The notes under the pieces were generated by a model. That model ran no database searches. It worked only from the letters and a program-made list of their open reading frames with translations, and was not told the DNA's origin. 64,000 nt of DNA from Candidatus Binatia bacterium (GTDB taxonomy: Bacteria; Desulfobacterota; Binatia; UBA9968; JAJDTQ01). The stretch lies in assembly GCA_963666515.2 (NCBI GenBank), contig OY762897.2:416001-480000 (forward strand), in the 5' to 3' direction. Both the position numbers and the translations under genes were made by a program. Numbering within the stretch: position 1 is the first letter of the stretch; each line of letters begins with the position of its first letter. Below, piece after piece: positions 37,476 to 46,241 of this stretch.

Positions 37476-38549
37476 ATGAGACACCGAGACGTAGGCGTGC
37501 TGGTTTACGACAGGGCGAAGGCGACGCCGGGCTACACTCTGATCGTGCCGCAGTCGTCGCGCAAGGCGTACCTCATCGGCATGCGCGGCGAGGTGCTCCA
37601 CGAGTGGTCGTTTCCGCTGTGTCCGGGAAACTACGCCTACCTCCTGCCCAACGGCAATCTGCTGTGGGCCGGCCGGGTGGAGGACGCGGGGCCGCCGCTT
37701 TGGCGCGGCAAGGGCGGCCTTCTGCGGGAATACACCTGGGAAGGGGAGGTGGTCTGGGAGTACTCCGACCCGGCCCAGCACCACGACTTCCGCAGGCGCC
37801 CCGACGGCAACACCATCTACATCGGCTGGGAGCCGGTGCCGGCGGACGTGCAGCCGCGCATCAAGGGCGGCTACCCCGGCAGCGAGCACGAAGGCGTCAT
37901 CTACGGCGACTACGTGCGCGAGGTGTCTCCTTCGGGCGAGACGGTGTGGGAATGGCACGCGTGGCGCGACCTGGACCTGGAACGGTGGGAGCTGTGCCAC
38001 TCCTGCGGCCGCGACGAGTTCGCCCACGCCAACGCCTGTTTCCCGCTCGACGACGGCGGCGTGATGCTGAGCTTCCGGCGCCTGAACGCCATCATGATGA
38101 TCGACCGTGAGACCTGCAAGGTGAGGTGGTCGCATCAGGACGCTACCTGGGGCCACCAGCACGACTGCACGGTGCTGCCCAACGGCAACATCCTGCTCTT
38201 CGCCAACGGCATTCACGGCCTGGACAACCCGTTCTCACGGGTCATCGAGCTGGACCCCAAGTCAGGGGAAACCGTCTGGCACTACCGGGGCTCGCCCATC
38301 TGGACGTTCTTCAGCCCCAACATCAGCGGCGCCCAGCGCTTCGACAACGGCAACACGCTCATCTGCGAGGGCCAGATGGGACGGGCCTTCGAGGTCACCC
38401 AGGCGGGCGAGATCGTCTGGGAGTACGTCTGTCCGTTCTTTGCGGATTACCAGGGCCGCGGCCCGGCCAACAGCATGTTCCGGGTCTACCGCTACGCCGC
38501 GGACTCGCCGGAGATCGGCGGGCGGCTGACGACGGGGGTAGCGTGGTGA
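37476..38549 (+). CDS. Arylsulfotransferase (ASST) family beta-propeller, no signal peptide
   Basis: HHDF, HAN, SFR and HQHD motifs. Repeated LPNGN/VWEY blades. Confidence 0.82.
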   Translation: MRHRDVGVLVYDRAKATPGYTLIVPQSSRKAYLIGMRGEVLHEWSFPLCPGNYAYLLPNGNLLWAGRVEDAGPPLWRGKGGLLREYTWEGEVVWEYSDPAQHHDFRRRPDGNTIYIGWEPVPADVQPRIKGGYPGSEHEGVIYGDYVREVSPSGETVWEWHAWRDLDLERWELCHSCGRDEFAHANACFPLDDGGVMLSFRRLNAIMMIDRETCKVRWSHQDATWGHQHDCTVLPNGNILLFANGIHGLDNPFSRVIELDPKSGETVWHYRGSPIWTFFSPNISGAQRFDNGNTLICEGQMGRAFEVTQAGEIVWEYVCPFFADYQGRGPANSMFRVYRYAADSPEIGGRLTTGVAW

Positions 38550-38624
38550 CGGCGACTTGCGGGACCCCGAAAGTTCCGCGCCTGTCGCCGAATATTCAGG
38601 GCCGCGCCAAGCCCGCCGCCCCTG

Positions 38625-39503
38625 TCAGACTTTCCTGAAGTGCAGGATTCCCCACTGCAGGTAGCCCCGCTCCCCGCCTTCCACCCAGTGCCGCAGGCCG
38701 GTCTTGACGCGTTGCACGCGGTCGGCGCCGCACTGTTTCGTCAGGTCCTGCTCATTGGCGAGCAATCCCTCGAGGATCCGTCCGTAGTGAGTGGCCAAGT
38801 GCGGCGTGAGGTCGGCGAATTCCAGTTCCTGAAAACCCAGTTCCGACAGCATCGCCCGGTACTCCCGAAGGGAACCGAGGGAGTCCAGGTGGACGCGGTC
38901 GAGGATGGGTTGCAGGGCTTCGGGTGGGCAAAGCTCACCCACCATGGGATCGGTGAAGATGAACTGTCCGCCCTTGCGCAGCACCCGGCCGACCTCGGCG
39001 AAGACCTGCCGCCGCCGGGTGCTGTGCAGGATGGCGTCCTGAGACCACACCACGTCGAAGCTCTCGTCCGTCACGGGGATGTCTTCGAAGCTCCCGTCCA
39101 CCACGTTGATGGCCAGGGAGCACCTGTCCCTGGCGTTGAGATCCCGGTTGCGCGCGTTCTGGGCGTCGCTCAGGTTGAGGCACGCCACGTGGCATCCGTA
39201 TTGGCGGAACAGGTAACGGGCCGACCCGCCGTGGCCCGCGCCGATGTCCAACACGCGGGTGCCGGGGCCAAGTCCCTGGATCATGGAGGCGATGCGCTCC
39301 ACGGTGCGCAGGCCGGCTTCGTCGACCGTGTCCCGGTCGCTCTCGTAGATGCCCAGATGAAGGTGCTCGTCGCCGTACGAGATATCGTAGATCGCGCGCA
39401 CGTCATTGCTGTTGTAGTAGCTTCTGACCGCCTCCACGGCCTCGGAGTAGTGGGCCTCCACGGGAGCGTCGCCGGGCCGGCCGGACCCGCCTGTTTCGTT
39501 CAT
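38625..39503 (-). CDS. Sarcosine/dimethylglycine N-methyltransferase-like protein (standalone paralog)
   Basis: LDIGAGHGG, WSQDAILHS and FIFTDPM. Confidence 0.85.
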   Translation of the reverse strand: MNETGGSGRPGDAPVEAHYSEAVEAVRSYYNSNDVRAIYDISYGDEHLHLGIYESDRDTVDEAGLRTVERIASMIQGLGPGTRVLDIGAGHGGSARYLFRQYGCHVACLNLSDAQNARNRDLNARDRCSLAINVVDGSFEDIPVTDESFDVVWSQDAILHSTRRRQVFAEVGRVLRKGGQFIFTDPMVGELCPPEALQPILDRVHLDSLGSLREYRAMLSELGFQELEFADLTPHLATHYGRILEGLLANEQDLTKQCGADRVQRVKTGLRHWVEGGERGYLQWGILHFRKV

Positions 39504-39515
39504 CGTCGAAGTCCT

Positions 39516-41168
39516 TCAGGCCTTCCGGAAATGGAGGATGCCCCACTGGAGATGGCCCGTGTTGCCACCGTCCACCCAGTGCTGCAGGCCGGCCTTCATC
39601 CGGTCGATGTACTCGGCGCTGCACACTTTCAGCAGCTCCCAGTGATTGGCCTGCACCTCGTCCAGGACCCGCGCGTAGTGGGTGGCGAGCTGCGGCGTGA
39701 GGTCGATGAACTCGATCTCCTCGAAGCCCAGGCCCGACAGCATCGTCCGGTATTGCGGGACGGACCCCAGGGAATCCAGGTGGATGCGGTCCAGGATGGG
39801 TTGCAGCACCTCGGTCGGGCAATCCTCGCGTTGCATGGGGTCGGTGAAGATGAACTGTCCGCCCCTGGCAAGGACCCGGTCCACTTCCTCGAACACCTGC
39901 CGCCGGTTGCCGCTGTGCAGGATGGCGTCCTGGGACCACACCACGTCCACGCTGTCGTCCGGCATGGGAATCTGCTCGAAGCTCCCGTCCACCACGTTGA
40001 TGGCCAGAGAGCACTTTCTCCGGGCGTTGAGGTCGCGGTTCCGCGCGTTCTGGACCTCGCTCAGGTTCAGGCATCCGACCTGGCAGCCGTAGTTGTCGAC
40101 CAGGTATCGCGCCGACCCGCCGTACCCGGAGCCGATGTCCAGCACGCGGGTGGTGGGCCCCAGCCCGTCGATCATGGACGCCATCTTCCGCACCGTCCTG
40201 CGGCTGGCGTCGAAGATGGTGTCTCCTTCACCCTCGTAGAGGCCGACGTGGATGTCCTCGCCGCCCCACACGGTGGCGTAGAAGCGGTCGGCGTCGTTGC
40301 TGTTGTAGTAGTCCCGCGCCGTCTCCACCGTTTCGGAGTACGTGGTTCCCACCGCGACCCTGGCAGGCCGCTCCTCGTTCTTGTAGAGCTTCTCGGCCAC
40401 GTGGATGAAGAAGTCGGGGTCTTCGACCCGGTGGGTTTCCTGGAAGTCGGCGAAGGTCTTCACCTGCTGGAAGCCGACCTCGCCCATGAGCTTCCGGACG
40501 TAGTCCTTGCGCAGCGGGAACATGTTCAGGTGGAACACCGAGTTGTCGGGGAACTCGTAGCGGAACCGGGCCAGCCCCTCGTCCACGTATTCGGGCTCGG
40601 CGCTGACGTTCTCGCCGCAGTAGTAGTAGATGTGCTTGGAAGTGAACCCATCGTCGAGGATGTTGTCGTAGTTCCGTTGATCCAGGACCAGGACGCCGTC
40701 GTGCTGCAGCACCGAGTAGAACTCGGCGAGCGCTTTCCGGCGATCCTGCTCCGAGAACAGATGGGTCAGCGAGTTTCCCAGACAGATGACCGCGTCATAC
40801 TGGGTGTGGACGTCCCGGCTCAGCCACCGCCAGTCCGCGTGAAGGGTCTTCATGATGAAGCCCTGCTCCTTGGCGTTCTCGAAGGCCTGGGCCAGCATCT
40901 CGGGGCTGCCGTCCACGCTGGTGACGTCGAACCCGGCCTTCAGGAGCCGGATGGAGTGGAAGCCGGTCCCGGTGGCCACGTCCAGCACGCGCTCCACGCC
41001 GCGCTCCTTGAGAATGTTGATGAAAAAGTCCCCTTCGCTGGCGGCGCGGGCGTCCCAGTCGATCAGCTCGTCCCATTTGCGGACGAAGCTGTGCACGTAT
41101 TCGCGCTTGTACTGGTCGGTCTTCCGCTGGGCGATGGGGTTGTCGCCATACAATTGCTCCTCGGCCAC
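39516..41168 (-). CDS. Fused glycine/sarcosine and sarcosine/dimethylglycine N-methyltransferase (betaine synthesis)
   Basis: KWDELIDW, DVATGTGFHS, CLGNS, DQRNYD (GSMT), then WGGEDIHVG, GSGYGG (SDMT). SD AGGAGGTG before GTG 41168. Confidence 0.9.
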   Translation of the reverse strand: MAEEQLYGDNPIAQRKTDQYKREYVHSFVRKWDELIDWDARAASEGDFFINILKERGVERVLDVATGTGFHSIRLLKAGFDVTSVDGSPEMLAQAFENAKEQGFIMKTLHADWRWLSRDVHTQYDAVICLGNSLTHLFSEQDRRKALAEFYSVLQHDGVLVLDQRNYDNILDDGFTSKHIYYYCGENVSAEPEYVDEGLARFRYEFPDNSVFHLNMFPLRKDYVRKLMGEVGFQQVKTFADFQETHRVEDPDFFIHVAEKLYKNEERPARVAVGTTYSETVETARDYYNSNDADRFYATVWGGEDIHVGLYEGEGDTIFDASRRTVRKMASMIDGLGPTTRVLDIGSGYGGSARYLVDNYGCQVGCLNLSEVQNARNRDLNARRKCSLAINVVDGSFEQIPMPDDSVDVVWSQDAILHSGNRRQVFEEVDRVLARGGQFIFTDPMQREDCPTEVLQPILDRIHLDSLGSVPQYRTMLSGLGFEEIEFIDLTPQLATHYARVLDEVQANHWELLKVCSAEYIDRMKAGLQHWVDGGNTGHLQWGILHFRKA

Positions 41169-41343
41169 AATACACCTCCTCGGTTGTGGGCCTGACAGCG
41201 CCGTTCGCGCCTGCACGGACTCTTCAGCCTTGAAAATGGCAGGACAAAAGGCAGGAAACCACTAGTCTCCCAACATTGGTCCAACAAAGTCAACCCCGTC
41301 AAAATCGTCCGGCCGTGCCGCAACGGCGTGAATCCGGGCTTCG

Positions 41344-41372
41344 TTGTGTCCCGGTGACAGGAATGTTATAAG
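41344..41372 (+). promoter_or_regulatory. Candidate promoter of the D-aminoacylase gene
   Basis: TTGTGT-N17-TATAAG with an extended TG. Confidence 0.4.
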
Positions 41373-41436
41373 GCGCGCACGAAACCGCGGGCGGCCATTG
41401 ACCTACTGTTCATCTCCATAGAGAGGGACCATCATC

Positions 41437-43023
41437 ATGGCGATTTTCGATACCGTGCTTCACGGCGGGGCCATCATCGACGGCGCCGGCAACCCCTGGT
41501 ACTACGGCGACTTGGCCATCAAGGACGGCCGCATCGCGGCCATGGGGCGGCTGGACCCGGGCTCGGGAACCCGCTCCATCGACGTCCGGGGCAGGATGGT
41601 GACGCCGGGCTACATTGACATGCACACCCACAGCGACCAGCCGCTGATCAAGGACGGCAACGGCGAGAGCAAGATCCGCCAGGGGGTGACGCTGGACATC
41701 ATCGGAGAAAGCCAGACCGTGGCGCCGCTGGTGGGGCCGGTGTTCGAGGAGTACGTGGCCGAGCACCGGCACCGGAACGGCATCGAGGCTGACTGGACGA
41801 CCTTCAGCGAGTACTTCGACCGGATCGAGGCGGGCGGCATCTCCATGAACGTGGCCTCGGGCGTGTCGCCGCAGCAGGTCAAGCGGGTGGTGGTGGGGTT
41901 CAAGGAACGTCCCGCCAACGCGGAGGAGCAGGCGCGCATGGACGGCTACGTGGCTCAGGCCATGGAGCAGGGGGCGCTGGGGCTCACCGCGGCCTGGCAC
42001 GCCAAGGGGCCGGAGTACCCGGACGAGGTGGTGTCCATGGCCCGGGTCGCGCGCAAGTACGGCGGCTACTACGGCGTGCATCTCGGCAGCGAGGGCTTCG
42101 ACATCCAGGAGGAGCTGGAGAAGGCATTGAAGGTGGGGCGGGAAGCGGACATCCCCATCCACGTCTACCACCTCAAGATGCGCTCCAAGGAGAACTGGGG
42201 GCGGGTGATGCAGGTGGTGGAGCAGATCGAGGAGGCTCGGAGCGAGGGCCTGGACGTCACCGCCAACCAGTACCCCTACACCGCCATGCAGCACCCGTGG
42301 CGGCGGCTGTTCCCGCGCTGGGTGCAGGACGCGCCGGTGCAGGAGACCATCGGCGAGTTCATGAGCCCGAGCTTCCGCCAGCGGGTCATGGACGATCCCG
42401 AGTTCACCCAGTACGTGAGCGAGCACGGAGGGTGGGAGGGCATCGTGGCGGCCCGTCTGGACAAGCCCGAGCACCACGCCTGGGAGGGCAAGACCATCCA
42501 GCAGATCGCGGAGATACGCGGGCAGGACCCCGCCAGCACCTGTTTCGACCTGATCTACGGCGAGGGCATCTTCATCCACGGCATCTACCACACGCTCCGC
42601 GAGCAGGACGTGCAGGACGTCATGCAGGTGCCGTGGATCTCCGTGGCCTCGGACGGCAGCGCCCTGAACCTCCAGTCCCGCGGCATGCCGCACCCCCGCA
42701 GCTTCGGCACCAATGTGCGCGTGCTGGGCCGCTACGTGCGCGACGAAAGAGTGCTGACCCTGCCCGACGCCGTGCGCAAGATGACCTCGCTCCCCGCCCA
42801 GGTGCTGGGGCTCAAGGACCGCGGGCTGCTGCGGGAAGGCTACTGGGCGGACGTGGTGGTGTTCGACCCCGACACCGTGGCCGACCGGGCCACCTTCGAG
42901 AACCCCAAGCAGTATCCCAGGGGCGTCGAGTACGTGTTCGTCAACGGACAGATGGTCATCGAGAACGGCGACCACACCGGCGCCCGGCCCGGCCGGGTGG
43001 TCTACGGTCCGGGGAAGAAGTAA
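41437..43023 (+). CDS. N-acyl-D-amino-acid deacylase family amidohydrolase
   Basis: PGYIDMHTHSD, QGVT, YPYTA, HPRSFG and ADVVVFDP. Confidence 0.87.
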   Translation: MAIFDTVLHGGAIIDGAGNPWYYGDLAIKDGRIAAMGRLDPGSGTRSIDVRGRMVTPGYIDMHTHSDQPLIKDGNGESKIRQGVTLDIIGESQTVAPLVGPVFEEYVAEHRHRNGIEADWTTFSEYFDRIEAGGISMNVASGVSPQQVKRVVVGFKERPANAEEQARMDGYVAQAMEQGALGLTAAWHAKGPEYPDEVVSMARVARKYGGYYGVHLGSEGFDIQEELEKALKVGREADIPIHVYHLKMRSKENWGRVMQVVEQIEEARSEGLDVTANQYPYTAMQHPWRRLFPRWVQDAPVQETIGEFMSPSFRQRVMDDPEFTQYVSEHGGWEGIVAARLDKPEHHAWEGKTIQQIAEIRGQDPASTCFDLIYGEGIFIHGIYHTLREQDVQDVMQVPWISVASDGSALNLQSRGMPHPRSFGTNVRVLGRYVRDERVLTLPDAVRKMTSLPAQVLGLKDRGLLREGYWADVVVFDPDTVADRATFENPKQYPRGVEYVFVNGQMVIENGDHTGARPGRVVYGPGKK

Positions 43024-43114
43024 CCGGAGAGGATTCGGCCGCGCCAGTGAGCGAATCACTGCAAGGCATTGCCGCATCATCGCCCTTTGTCTTCGAAAGA
43101 AGGACCTCGTCGAG

Positions 43115-44296
43115 ATGCACCCTGAAACGAGCCCGTTCAGTCCCGGACAACCTGTGCCCATCGAGTTCTTCGTCGGGCGCGGCAGGGAGATCGAGCGTCT
43201 GCGCGGCATGGTGAAGGCCGGCGCGCTGGGCAACTTCCGAATCGGTTTCGTCAGCGGCGAACGGGGAATCGGCAAGAGTTCCGTTGCTTCTTTTGTGCGC
43301 CACCTGGCCGAGCGTGAGAACGGCGTCGTGGGATGCCACGTATTCCTCGGCGGGGTCCAGGACTTGAAAGAGATGCTGCGGAGGACCTTCGACCGACTTT
43401 TGAAGGAAAGCATCGACAAGCCCTGGCACGAGCAAATCAGGGAGTTTTTCGGAAACCGGGTCCGCAGGGTAGGCCTGCTCGGGGTCACGCTCGAGTTGGA
43501 TCTCCCGGAGCGCGACCTGTCCACGCTTGCTCACGACTTCGTCCCGACCGTCGCCCGGCTCCTGGACGTGATCAAGGAGCAGAAAAGGGGACTCTTTCTG
43601 ATCCTTGACGACATCAACGGTCTTGCGGGTTCCGAGGCTTTCGCGAACTGGCTCAAGAGCACCGTGGACGAAATTGCCACCTCCCGGCGAAAGGCGCCGC
43701 TCTGCGTGCTGGTCGTCGGGCTCGAGGAACGGCGTCAGGAGTTGGTGGCGAAACAGCCGTCTCTCGCTCGGGTCTTCGAGTTGATCGACATCGCGCCGTG
43801 GTCCGACGACGAGGTCATGGAATTCTATCGGAACTCGTTCGGTTCCGTGAACGCGACGGTCGGCGAGCCGGACCTGCGCCAGCTTGTCCGGTTTACCGGT
43901 GGACTGCCGGTTCTGGCGCACGAGATCGGCGATGCGGTTTGGCGCACCGCCCGGCATCCGGCAATTGACTCAAGGGAGGTTTCGATGGGCATCTCGGCCG
44001 CAGCCGAGCTCATTGGACGGAAGCTGCTGGAACCGCAGGTCTTCAGCGCTATCCGTAGCGAGCGCTACCGGTCGATCTTGCGAAAGATGCTGGACGAACC
44101 TCGGATGGACTTCCGCAGGTCCGAACTTGTAGGACGGCTGACAGGCGATGAAAGGAAAGTCATGGACAACTTCCTTCAACGCATGAAACGGCTCGGCGCG
44201 CTGCAAACCGATCCGGAAGTTCAAGGCGGATACCGATTCCCCAACCTCCTGCACGCGCTGTATTTCTGGATGGAATCACGGCGGGTTTCCCGATGA
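43115..44296 (+). CDS. AAA_16/STAND-like ATPase with a probable C-terminal winged helix
   Basis: SPFSPG...FVGR..E, GERGIGKS, LILDD and TGGLP. Confidence 0.8.
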   Translation: MHPETSPFSPGQPVPIEFFVGRGREIERLRGMVKAGALGNFRIGFVSGERGIGKSSVASFVRHLAERENGVVGCHVFLGGVQDLKEMLRRTFDRLLKESIDKPWHEQIREFFGNRVRRVGLLGVTLELDLPERDLSTLAHDFVPTVARLLDVIKEQKRGLFLILDDINGLAGSEAFANWLKSTVDEIATSRRKAPLCVLVVGLEERRQELVAKQPSLARVFELIDIAPWSDDEVMEFYRNSFGSVNATVGEPDLRQLVRFTGGLPVLAHEIGDAVWRTARHPAIDSREVSMGISAAAELIGRKLLEPQVFSAIRSERYRSILRKMLDEPRMDFRRSELVGRLTGDERKVMDNFLQRMKRLGALQTDPEVQGGYRFPNLLHALYFWMESRRVSR

Positions 44297-44333
44297 GACA
44301 AAATCTGCGGTCCTGGAAAGAAGGAGAGTAGGG

Positions 44334-46007
44334 ATGGCGCTGCCGGAGAGTCTTTACGCGGACACGATCCTGGTCAACGGCAACGTGATCACGGTGGACG
44401 ACGCCCATCCCGCGGCCGCGGCCGTGGCGGTCAAGGGCGACCGCATCCTGCACGTCGGTAGCAACGACGAGGTGCGGCAGTGCGCGGGCCGAAACACTCG
44501 CGTCATCGACTGCGCCGGCAAGACGGTGCTGCCCGGGTTCATCGAGCCGCACACCCATTTCATGTCCTTCGGCGTCCGGCTGGGCATGGTGAACGTGCGC
44601 ACGCCGCCCAACGACTCCATCGAGGACGTGCTGGCGCGCATCCGCGAGCGCGCGGCGGTGACCCCCAAGGGGCAGTGGATCGAGGCCCAGGGCTACGAGC
44701 ATACCGCGGTCGCGGAGAAGCGCTGGCCCACCCTGGCCGAGCTTGACGGTGCGGCGCCCGACAACCCGCTGGTCATGACCTACCGATCTTCCCACGTGTG
44801 GATGGCCAACAGCGCGGCGCTGAAGCTCGCCGGCATCGACGATGATACGCCCCAGCCCGATGGCGGCCACATGGACCGGGACCCGCAAACGGGCAAGCTC
44901 ACCGGAGTGCTGCGGGAGAAGGCCGCGGCCCGGCCGGTGAACAACCTGGTGCCGCATCCGACCCTGCAGCAGCTCAAGGACGGGGTGGAGCTGGCGGGCC
45001 GGGAGTACAACTCGGTGGGCATCACCTCCACCCACGACGCCGGCACCGGCGACACACCGGACCACTACCGGGCGTATCAGGAGACCATCGACGAAGGACG
45101 CCTCAAGGTGCGGGTCTACCTGATGATCCACGACCTGCCCTACAAGCGCTTCTACCTGGAGCGGGACCTGGGGTTGCGCACCGGCTTCGGTTCGGACTGG
45201 CTGCGGCTGGGAGCGGTGAAGACGTGCAGCGACGGTTCCATCCAGGTGCACACCTGCGCCTTCTACGACCCCTACATCACCAGCGACACCGACGACCCCA
45301 CCAAGGACCCGTGCGGCGTGCTCCAGTACTCGCCCGAAGACCAGAAGAAGCTCGTGTCCGAAGCCCACGGCAAGGGCTACCAGGTGGCCATCCACGCCCA
45401 GGGCGACCGCGGCGTGGACGTGGCCCTGGACGCGGTGGAGAACGCCATGAACGAGGCGCCGCGCCCCAACCCGCGCCACCGCATCGAGCACTGCCAGGGG
45501 GTCACCCGGCAGGCGCTGGAGCGCATGAGCCGTCTGGGGGTCATCGCGTCGTTCTACCCGCACCACCTGTGGTACTGGGGCGACCGCCACATCCACGACT
45601 TCCTGGGCATGGAGCGGGCGCAGCGGCTGGACCCCATGCGCACGGCCATCGACCTCGGCGTGGTCACCGTGGCCCACTCCGACACCCCCATCGCGCTCCC
45701 CAAGGACCCGCTCTTCGCCACTGATCCGCTCTTCGGCATCTGGTGCGCGGTGAACCGCAAGACCCGGGCGGGCGTGGTGCTGGGCGAGAACGAGCGCATC
45801 ACCCCCATGGAGGGCATCCGCGCCTACACCATCAACGCCGCCTACGCGGCCTTCGAGGAGAACAGCAAGGGCTCCATCACCGCGGGCAAGCTGGCGGACC
45901 TGGTGGTATTGGGGGACAATCCGCTGACCGTGGACCCGTGGGAGATACGCAACATCCCGGTGGAGCGGACCATCGTGGGTGGTGAGGTGGTGTATGGAGA
46001 TTCGTGA
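44334..46007 (+). CDS. YtcJ-like amidohydrolase (Amidohydro_3)
   Basis: PGFIEPHTH, KTCSDG, HAQGD, RIEH and GKLADL. Confidence 0.9.
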   Translation: MALPESLYADTILVNGNVITVDDAHPAAAAVAVKGDRILHVGSNDEVRQCAGRNTRVIDCAGKTVLPGFIEPHTHFMSFGVRLGMVNVRTPPNDSIEDVLARIRERAAVTPKGQWIEAQGYEHTAVAEKRWPTLAELDGAAPDNPLVMTYRSSHVWMANSAALKLAGIDDDTPQPDGGHMDRDPQTGKLTGVLREKAAARPVNNLVPHPTLQQLKDGVELAGREYNSVGITSTHDAGTGDTPDHYRAYQETIDEGRLKVRVYLMIHDLPYKRFYLERDLGLRTGFGSDWLRLGAVKTCSDGSIQVHTCAFYDPYITSDTDDPTKDPCGVLQYSPEDQKKLVSEAHGKGYQVAIHAQGDRGVDVALDAVENAMNEAPRPNPRHRIEHCQGVTRQALERMSRLGVIASFYPHHLWYWGDRHIHDFLGMERAQRLDPMRTAIDLGVVTVAHSDTPIALPKDPLFATDPLFGIWCAVNRKTRAGVVLGENERITPMEGIRAYTINAAYAAFEENSKGSITAGKLADLVVLGDNPLTVDPWEIRNIPVERTIVGGEVVYGDS

Positions 46008-46070
46008 TCCGGTAGATCAGTTGCCGGTCGTTGCCATGTAGATGCTCGCGGGCGGCTGATGTCCGTATCC

Positions 46071-46166
46071 GTCATTCCGGCGAAAGCCGGAATCCAGAGC
46101 GGCACGTGAGCGATCCTGGATTCCGGCCCCGTATCGAGTACGGGGCAGGCTTTTCGCCGGAATGAC
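46071..46166. repeat. Inverted pair of REP-like elements, the second interrupted by a 24-bp hairpin insert
   Basis: GTCATTCCGGCGAAAGCCGGAATCCAG (46071-46097) and a reverse copy at 46116-46166. Confidence 0.85.
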
Positions 46167-46199
46167 GGGTCAAGGACGGCGTAGGATCAAACTGGCATG

Positions 46200-46241
46200 G
46201 AGTTACGGGTTGTCCGGAAGGACAACCCGTAACTCTTTTTT
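46200..46241 (+). terminator. Intrinsic terminator between convergent genes
   Basis: Perfect 16-bp stem GAGTTACGGGTTGTCC-GGAA-GGACAACCCGTAACTC followed by T6. Confidence 0.85.

Noticed and set aside
38640-41195. 851-aa plus-strand ORF
   Set aside because: Antisense shadow of the methyltransferase genes.
41170-41260. Possible SAH/SAM riboswitch upstream of the methyltransferases (AACGGCGCT on the minus strand)
   Set aside because: The 5' core of the SAH motif is not evident. An Infernal/Rfam scan would be needed to support it.
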